DNA from: Gemmatimonadota bacterium
GTDB lineage: Bacteria > Gemmatimonadota > Gemmatimonadetes > Gemmatimonadales > GWC2-71-9
Reading direction: 5' to 3'
Length of the DNA stretch: 64,000 bases
NCBI GenBank assembly: GCA_039586365.1
Contig: JBDHKN010000016.1
Span: 1 to 64,000, forward strand
Of this stretch, positions 59,066-64,000 are shown one piece after another (the stretch's first letter is position 1; every line of letters starts with the position of its first letter). A program made the position numbers and the translations under genes. The notes beneath the pieces were generated by a model. The model saw only the letters and a program-made list of their open reading frames with translations, was not told the DNA's origin and did not search any database.

Positions 59066-60412
59066 TTACCGTGCAGGCTCCTCGCGCTTTGCCTTGGCAA
59101 ACACCAGGTAGAACGGGACCCCCACTGCGACGGTCACCAGAGCGATGGTCGATTCGACCGGTCGCTCGAAGTAAGCCAGCACGAGAATCGCCAGACTGAC
59201 TGAGGCGAACACGAGCGCGGCAAGGACGTAGAACGCTGATCCGGACAAACCGTTGTTACCGGCAGACAGCTTGAACACGCCCAGCACAGCCAGGATCGGG
59301 AAGATCCCCAGACAGAAACCCATGTAGGTCAGGATCTGGTCGAACGTTCCGGACAGCACCATGATCGCCGCGATGAGGCACTGGAGCACAATTGCCGTTG
59401 AAGGGACTCTGCGTACCGGGTCGACGCTCGCGACTCGCTTGAAGAAGTACCCGTCCTTGGCCATCGCGTAGTACACGCGTGGGCCCAGAATGATGAGCGC
59501 GCTGACCGCCGATAGCAGCGCGAAGGCTATGATAAGCGAGATTAGCCGTTCAGCAGCCGGGCCGAACAAGTGCGACGCCACAAGCCCTCCCACGGCGATT
59601 GTCCCCTGCATTTCACCTGGCGAAACGGCGTAAACGAACAGCACGTTGAGGCACACGTAGAGCACCAGCACGATCCCGGTGCCAAGGATGAGTGACAGCG
59701 GCAAGTTTCGACGCGGCGCCTGGATCTCCGAGCCGATGTATCCGGATGCGTTCCAGCCGCTGTAGGCGAACATGATCCACATCAGGGACAAGCCGATCGC
59801 CCGCCAGCTCGCATCCGGAGTGTCGACGGCAATGCGTTCGCGGAAGTTACCAAGGTCACCCTGGCCCACGGTGAATCCCACTGCGATCAGAGCGACGATC
59901 AACAGCACCTTCCCCACCGTGAGATAGTTCTGGATCCTCGCGCCAAACGCCATGCCTCGCAGGTGGACGACGGCGAGCGCGACAATCACCGTCAGGGCGA
60001 TTGTCTTCTTCAGGAGGTCTGCATTTCCAGCTGCGCCGAGTGACGGAAAGGCGCTAGCGAGGTACTCGCTTAAGCCCAGCGACGAGGCAGCAAGCGGTGC
60101 GGAAAAACCAGCAAAGAACGAAACCCACCCGCTGAGGAACCCCAGCACCGGGTGGAACAGCTCCGACAGGTACGCGTATTCGCCGCCGGCCCGCGGCAAG
60201 GCCGCGCCCAGCGCCCCGTAGCACAGCGCACCGCTCAAGGCCAGGATCCCGCCGCCCACCCACAGAGCGATCATGAGCAGGGGACTTCCCAACTCGAGCA
60301 GAAGCAGGCCGGAAGTCGTGAAGATGCCGGCCCCGATCATGTCGGCGATGACTATGTTGGTGGCTGGGAATAACCGCAGCGTTCTTGCGAGGTCGGTATC
60401 AGCATCATGCAT
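59066..60412 (-). CDS. APC-family amino acid permease
   Basis: IGAGIF, GGEYAYL, FAYSGWN, PRVYYAMAKDG; about 12 TM. Confidence 0.92.
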   Translation of the reverse strand: MHDADTDLARTLRLFPATNIVIADMIGAGIFTTSGLLLLELGSPLLMIALWVGGGILALSGALCYGALGAALPRAGGEYAYLSELFHPVLGFLSGWVSFFAGFSAPLAASSLGLSEYLASAFPSLGAAGNADLLKKTIALTVIVALAVVHLRGMAFGARIQNYLTVGKVLLIVALIAVGFTVGQGDLGNFRERIAVDTPDASWRAIGLSLMWIMFAYSGWNASGYIGSEIQAPRRNLPLSLILGTGIVLVLYVCLNVLFVYAVSPGEMQGTIAVGGLVASHLFGPAAERLISLIIAFALLSAVSALIILGPRVYYAMAKDGYFFKRVASVDPVRRVPSTAIVLQCLIAAIMVLSGTFDQILTYMGFCLGIFPILAVLGVFKLSAGNNGLSGSAFYVLAALVFASVSLAILVLAYFERPVESTIALVTVAVGVPFYLVFAKAKREEPAR

Positions 60413-60539
60413 CAGATCGCCTCGTTGCCCAGCTACCGCCGCTCACCTGCCGGCGGGTGTGGCAGCTGGGGAGAGCACCAAGTGATATCGGGTGCCAGCA
60501 TCACGTTCGTCCGCAGCGGGGTCGCTTTGCGGTCATCAA

Positions 60540-61826
60540 TCAATGGTGCTCGCCACGTCCCCTATCCATTCTTGGGTTCACGATGTTGGCGAACTTCGAG
60601 CCGAACCGGTAGTTGAAGCCTACGCCAAAGTCGTAACGGTAGTTGGTCTCACGTTGCCGCCGCTGCAGCAGGATCTCCTCCTGCGTAAGATCCTCGGCGG
60701 GCAGAAAGAACTGGTCTTTGATTCTCGAGAACGAAGTGAAGATGTCGAGACTCAAGCCGCGGAACAGTCGGTACTCCACGTTGGCGCGCGTGTTGATACG
60801 ATGTGTCGCCAGATCGTGGAAGTATTGGATGCCCTCGACCGATCCGAACACCTCGCCCCACGGCTGCTGGACCGCGGCCGCGATCAGCAGGCTGTGGCGT
60901 GTGAGAACGTCCTCTGTCTCTCCCTCCACGGTCAGCAACTCGTAGTCGAAGACCACCGCCTCCACCGAGTAACGGAACGTTATCGAGCGACGGGTGGACT
61001 CTTGATAGGGAAACAGGTTGTACTCGATCGTGGGACCGAGCGCTAAAGCAAGATCCTGGTTCAAGTACGTCGACTTGTTGGCACTAGTTTTCCCGCCGCC
61101 GGACCAGCGGTCACTCAGGCTCCACACCATTAGCAGGCTGGCAGAGTAATCCTCCGAGACGTTGACGTAGGTTGTTCCTTCCTCTAGTTCGTCGAATTCC
61201 TCTCGATCGTACTCCGCTGACAGCCTCAAGTTGATCTTCAGATCCTCCGAGACGCGGTCCGCGCTGGCCGATCCCTCCAGGCTGTAAGCTCTCTCCTCTG
61301 ACTCTCCGTCCACGGACGTCTCAGCGCCGACTCGGAACACCCAGAGGTTCCACGGGTCCCGTTCCTCGCGCTGGACGACGGCCACCTCGGGCTCCTGGTA
61401 CACTACCCTCAACCGGGGAGCCAACGGCGTCGTCTCAACGAACTGTACCAGCCCCAGCGCAATGGTACGAGTCAGACCATCGCGTACTTCAGTATCGGTG
61501 TCATCGGGATCCGAGATGTAGGTCAACGACTTGGTCACGCCCTCGAAGTCCCTGCGGCCGATGTAATCGACTGTGTAGTGCCAACCGTTACCGCCGGTGC
61601 GTTGGGCTGTCACCAGGACGTGCACATCCGAATCCTCTCGGTCGCGGACCCAGTTTACCCACGTGATCTCACGGCGGAAGTGGTCGGAGTCGCAGTTTTG
61701 GGCGTTGCAGTCCTCAAACACAAACAGGGCTTGTGTCGTGGTTGAGGCTACGGGTTCTTGGGATATGAGTTGGGCCGCTCCGAGGATGAAGAGCAGGCTA
61801 GCCAGTATCGGCGTGGAAAGCTTCAT
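60540..61826 (-). CDS. Hypothetical outer-membrane beta-barrel protein
   Basis: Signal peptide from MKLSTP; alternating beta strands; ends YRFGS..NIVNPR. Confidence 0.75.
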   Translation of the reverse strand: MKLSTPILASLLFILGAAQLISQEPVASTTTQALFVFEDCNAQNCDSDHFRREITWVNWVRDREDSDVHVLVTAQRTGGNGWHYTVDYIGRRDFEGVTKSLTYISDPDDTDTEVRDGLTRTIALGLVQFVETTPLAPRLRVVYQEPEVAVVQREERDPWNLWVFRVGAETSVDGESEERAYSLEGSASADRVSEDLKINLRLSAEYDREEFDELEEGTTYVNVSEDYSASLLMVWSLSDRWSGGGKTSANKSTYLNQDLALALGPTIEYNLFPYQESTRRSITFRYSVEAVVFDYELLTVEGETEDVLTRHSLLIAAAVQQPWGEVFGSVEGIQYFHDLATHRINTRANVEYRLFRGLSLDIFTSFSRIKDQFFLPAEDLTQEEILLQRRQRETNYRYDFGVGFNYRFGSKFANIVNPRMDRGRGEHH

Positions 61827-62018
61827 ATGAATCCTGAAGGTTTTGAGTGATCGAGAATTCGGGTGCAGGGCGAAATGGTCTGCTCGCTGTATTACTGCGT
61901 CACCAGCGTGCACCCTATCCAAGGGCTGGCAGCCATGTGTCGATGCGAAGTCTAACGCCTCCTTGCGGTGGCCAGATGATGGGTCGGTACACGACTGGTC
62001 AGAGAGATTTCCGGAGTC

Positions 62019-62036
62019 TGTAAGGCCTGTGTAAGG
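62019..62036 (-). promoter_or_regulatory. Candidate OmpR-family box CCTTACA-N4-CCTTACA
   Basis: Perfect 7-bp direct repeat at 11-bp period between the regulator and the OMP gene. Confidence 0.55.
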
Positions 62037-62043
62037 AGCCATG

Positions 62044-62736
62044 CTACGCTTGCAGTCGATAGCCGACTTTGCGAACCGTGAGAATGTGGCTCGGTTCGGC
62101 TGGACTCCGCTCCAATTTGCGACGCAGTTCCGCCACGTGTACGTCGACGGTCCTGGTCATTATCTCAGCCTCGTAGCCCCACACTTCCTTCAGGAGTTCG
62201 AGTCGTGTGGCGACGGCTCCCCGCCGGCTAATCAAGGCCAGTAGAAGGTCAAACTCTTTTGGAGTGAGCGGGACGGCTGTTCCGTTGCGCAGCACCGTAT
62301 GCGACGCTGTATCAACTGCCACGTCTCCGAAACGTTCTATTGGGCCCTGGTCTGCTGCATCGGCGTCATCCGCCAATTGGCGGCGTAGCAGAGCCCTGAC
62401 GCGGGCCAACAGTTCCAGCGTGCCGAACGGCTTGGTCACGTAGTCATCGGCACCCCAATCCAGACCCAACACCTTGTCAGCCTCCTCACCCCGCGCTGTC
62501 AGGATCAGCACCGGCATTTCCAACCCGGAACGTCTTACCTCACGGAGCACGCTGTATCCGTCCAGTTCCGGCAACATGAGGTCCAGTATGACCAAGTCGG
62601 GACTCCACTGCCGGGCACGCTCGAGTCCCGCGCGGCCGTCGTACGCAACCTCTACGTCGTACCCTTCTATCTCGAGTGCCGTCTTGAGTCCGAACGCCAG
62701 ATCGGCGTTGTCCTCAACCACCAACACCGTGGTCAT
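62044..62736 (-). CDS. OmpR-family response regulator
   Basis: VEDN, LDLMLP, KPF, TRTVDVHV..LRRKLE, VRKVGY. Confidence 0.95.
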   Translation of the reverse strand: MTTVLVVEDNADLAFGLKTALEIEGYDVEVAYDGRAGLERARQWSPDLVILDLMLPELDGYSVLREVRRSGLEMPVLILTARGEEADKVLGLDWGADDYVTKPFGTLELLARVRALLRRQLADDADAADQGPIERFGDVAVDTASHTVLRNGTAVPLTPKEFDLLLALISRRGAVATRLELLKEVWGYEAEIMTRTVDVHVAELRRKLERSPAEPSHILTVRKVGYRLQA

Positions 62737-64000
62737 GTGCCTTCCTCGGAGGCCCTTCTGTGGTTCGCGCCGGAAGACGACGTGGCACCTGGCAACTCCA
62801 CGACGAAGCGAGCACCTCCCGTCGCCGCATCGTCTACCCAAGCACGCCCGTCGTGTAAGGCCACCAGCTCGTCGACCACCGCCAGTCCGATTCCTGTGCC
62901 CGTGACTGCGCGCTGGCCGTCTCGTCGCAGGCGTTGGTACGGCTCCCAAATGCGGCGCCGCTCCGTTCGGGGTATGCCGGGTCCCTCATCCTCGACCGAC
63001 AGGCGAAGCCCGTTGCCTGCTCGGCTGGCTCGGACGGTGACGGTCTGTCCGTCCGGACCGTATTTTACGGCGTTGTCGAGCAAGTTCAGTAGCACTTGAC
63101 TGACCGCATCCCGGTCGGCGCGCAATCCCAGTCCGTCTTGTATCTCCGACTCGAGCGATACCGTCCTTGCCAATGCCAGTGGCCTGAACGCCTCGATCAC
63201 CTCGCTCACGGTCCTGGCGACGTCCAGCCGCTCGATCTTGAGATCCACTGCTGCACGCGCCGATCGCGAGAACTGCAGGATGTTCTCCACCAACTGAGTG
63301 AGTCTTCGGGCTTCGCGATTTATCACGCCCAGTGAACGATCGCGTTCCTCTTGGGTCCGGAGCTTCCCGGAGTCCAACAGCTCGGCGAACATCCGCACCT
63401 GCGCGAGTGGGGTCCTGAGTTCATGTGACACCCCAGAGACGAAGTCGTCGCGCAGCCGTGCGAGTTGACGCTCACGACGAAGTTGGTATAGGGCTGCAGC
63501 ACCCAAGCCGAGCGTTATCAGCAGTAGAGCAACGATGAGTGGCAGTCGTGAGCCTGGGAGGCCGCCGATTATGAGGTGGTCCGCGATGTCGGGTCTGATG
63601 GCGGCCGCGACAATCAGGCCGCCGTATTCGGCCTCCATAGTGTCCCGGGCTGTGTAAGTTGTCGGATACCGGGCGCCCGATTCGAACAGAGTGTCGTTGC
63701 TGCCAGTGTGAACGGTTATGTATAGCAGCGAGTCGTTCCGGTGAGTTCCGGTCACGGCCGGCGGCAGCAGGGGCTGCGCCGCAAACCACTTGGCCAAGAG
63801 TTCTCCATATGCGCTGGGGTTGGTCACGAACCCGTACAGCGCTCGCGCATTGCGGCGGCGGACATAAGTCGTTGAGTACGTGACGAGCGTCGGCGAATCC
63901 AACAGCGATCCCGCCGGCAGCATCACGAGACCGGCTCGCTCGTCAGCGTGCTCCTGCTGATGCCTCATCACTGTGTCGGCAAGCCATGACAGGATGCCGG
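62733..64000 (-). CDS. Sensor histidine kinase, 5' part outside window
   Basis: VSHELRTPL, NAVKY, DEGPGI, GTGIGL. Confidence 0.92.
   Translation of the reverse strand, partial: GILSWLADTVMRHQQEHADERAGLVMLPAGSLLDSPTLVTYSTTYVRRRNARALYGFVTNPSAYGELLAKWFAAQPLLPPAVTGTHRNDSLLYITVHTGSNDTLFESGARYPTTYTARDTMEAEYGGLIVAAAIRPDIADHLIIGGLPGSRLPLIVALLLITLGLGAAALYQLRRERQLARLRDDFVSGVSHELRTPLAQVRMFAELLDSGKLRTQEERDRSLGVINREARRLTQLVENILQFSRSARAAVDLKIERLDVARTVSEVIEAFRPLALARTVSLESEIQDGLGLRADRDAVSQVLLNLLDNAVKYGPDGQTVTVRASRAGNGLRLSVEDEGPGIPRTERRRIWEPYQRLRRDGQRAVTGTGIGLAVVDELVALHDGRAWVDDAATGGARFVVELPGATSSSGANHRRASEEGT

Overview
GC-rich bacterial DNA; the gene repertoire is suggestive of Gemmatimonadota (inference only). 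From left to right: a peptidase, a DUF5916 protein, pyruvate kinase and a kinase pseudogene (0-5.7 kb). Next is a 15 kb co-oriented glutamate redox locus: a small Cys-repeat protein, NuoE with a zinc-ribbon tail, a NuoF-GltD fusion, a NuoG-like Fe-S subunit, a stand-alone FMN glutamate-synthase domain, a large NAD-glutamate dehydrogenase and a sigma54 two-component system (6-21 kb). An uncharacterised catabolic cluster follows, with dihydropyrimidinase, an ASTE-type deacylase, dehydrogenases and a catalytic plus pseudo-aminotransferase pair (23-32.6 kb), then a LytS/LytTR module and a Ser/Thr kinase. An eroded integron cassette array with at least 7 attC-like sites, no integrase in the window and two copies of an IS110/IS1111-like end at attC cores spans about 41.2-49.4 kb. 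The right part holds an M14 peptidase, an ArsM-like methyltransferase with an in-frame UGA and SECIS-like hairpin (probable selenoprotein), an FAD oxidase, two OmpR-type two-component systems, a spondin lipoprotein, a permease and an outer-membrane protein. No rRNA, tRNA or CRISPR array was seen. All calls come from motif reading by eye, without database searches.
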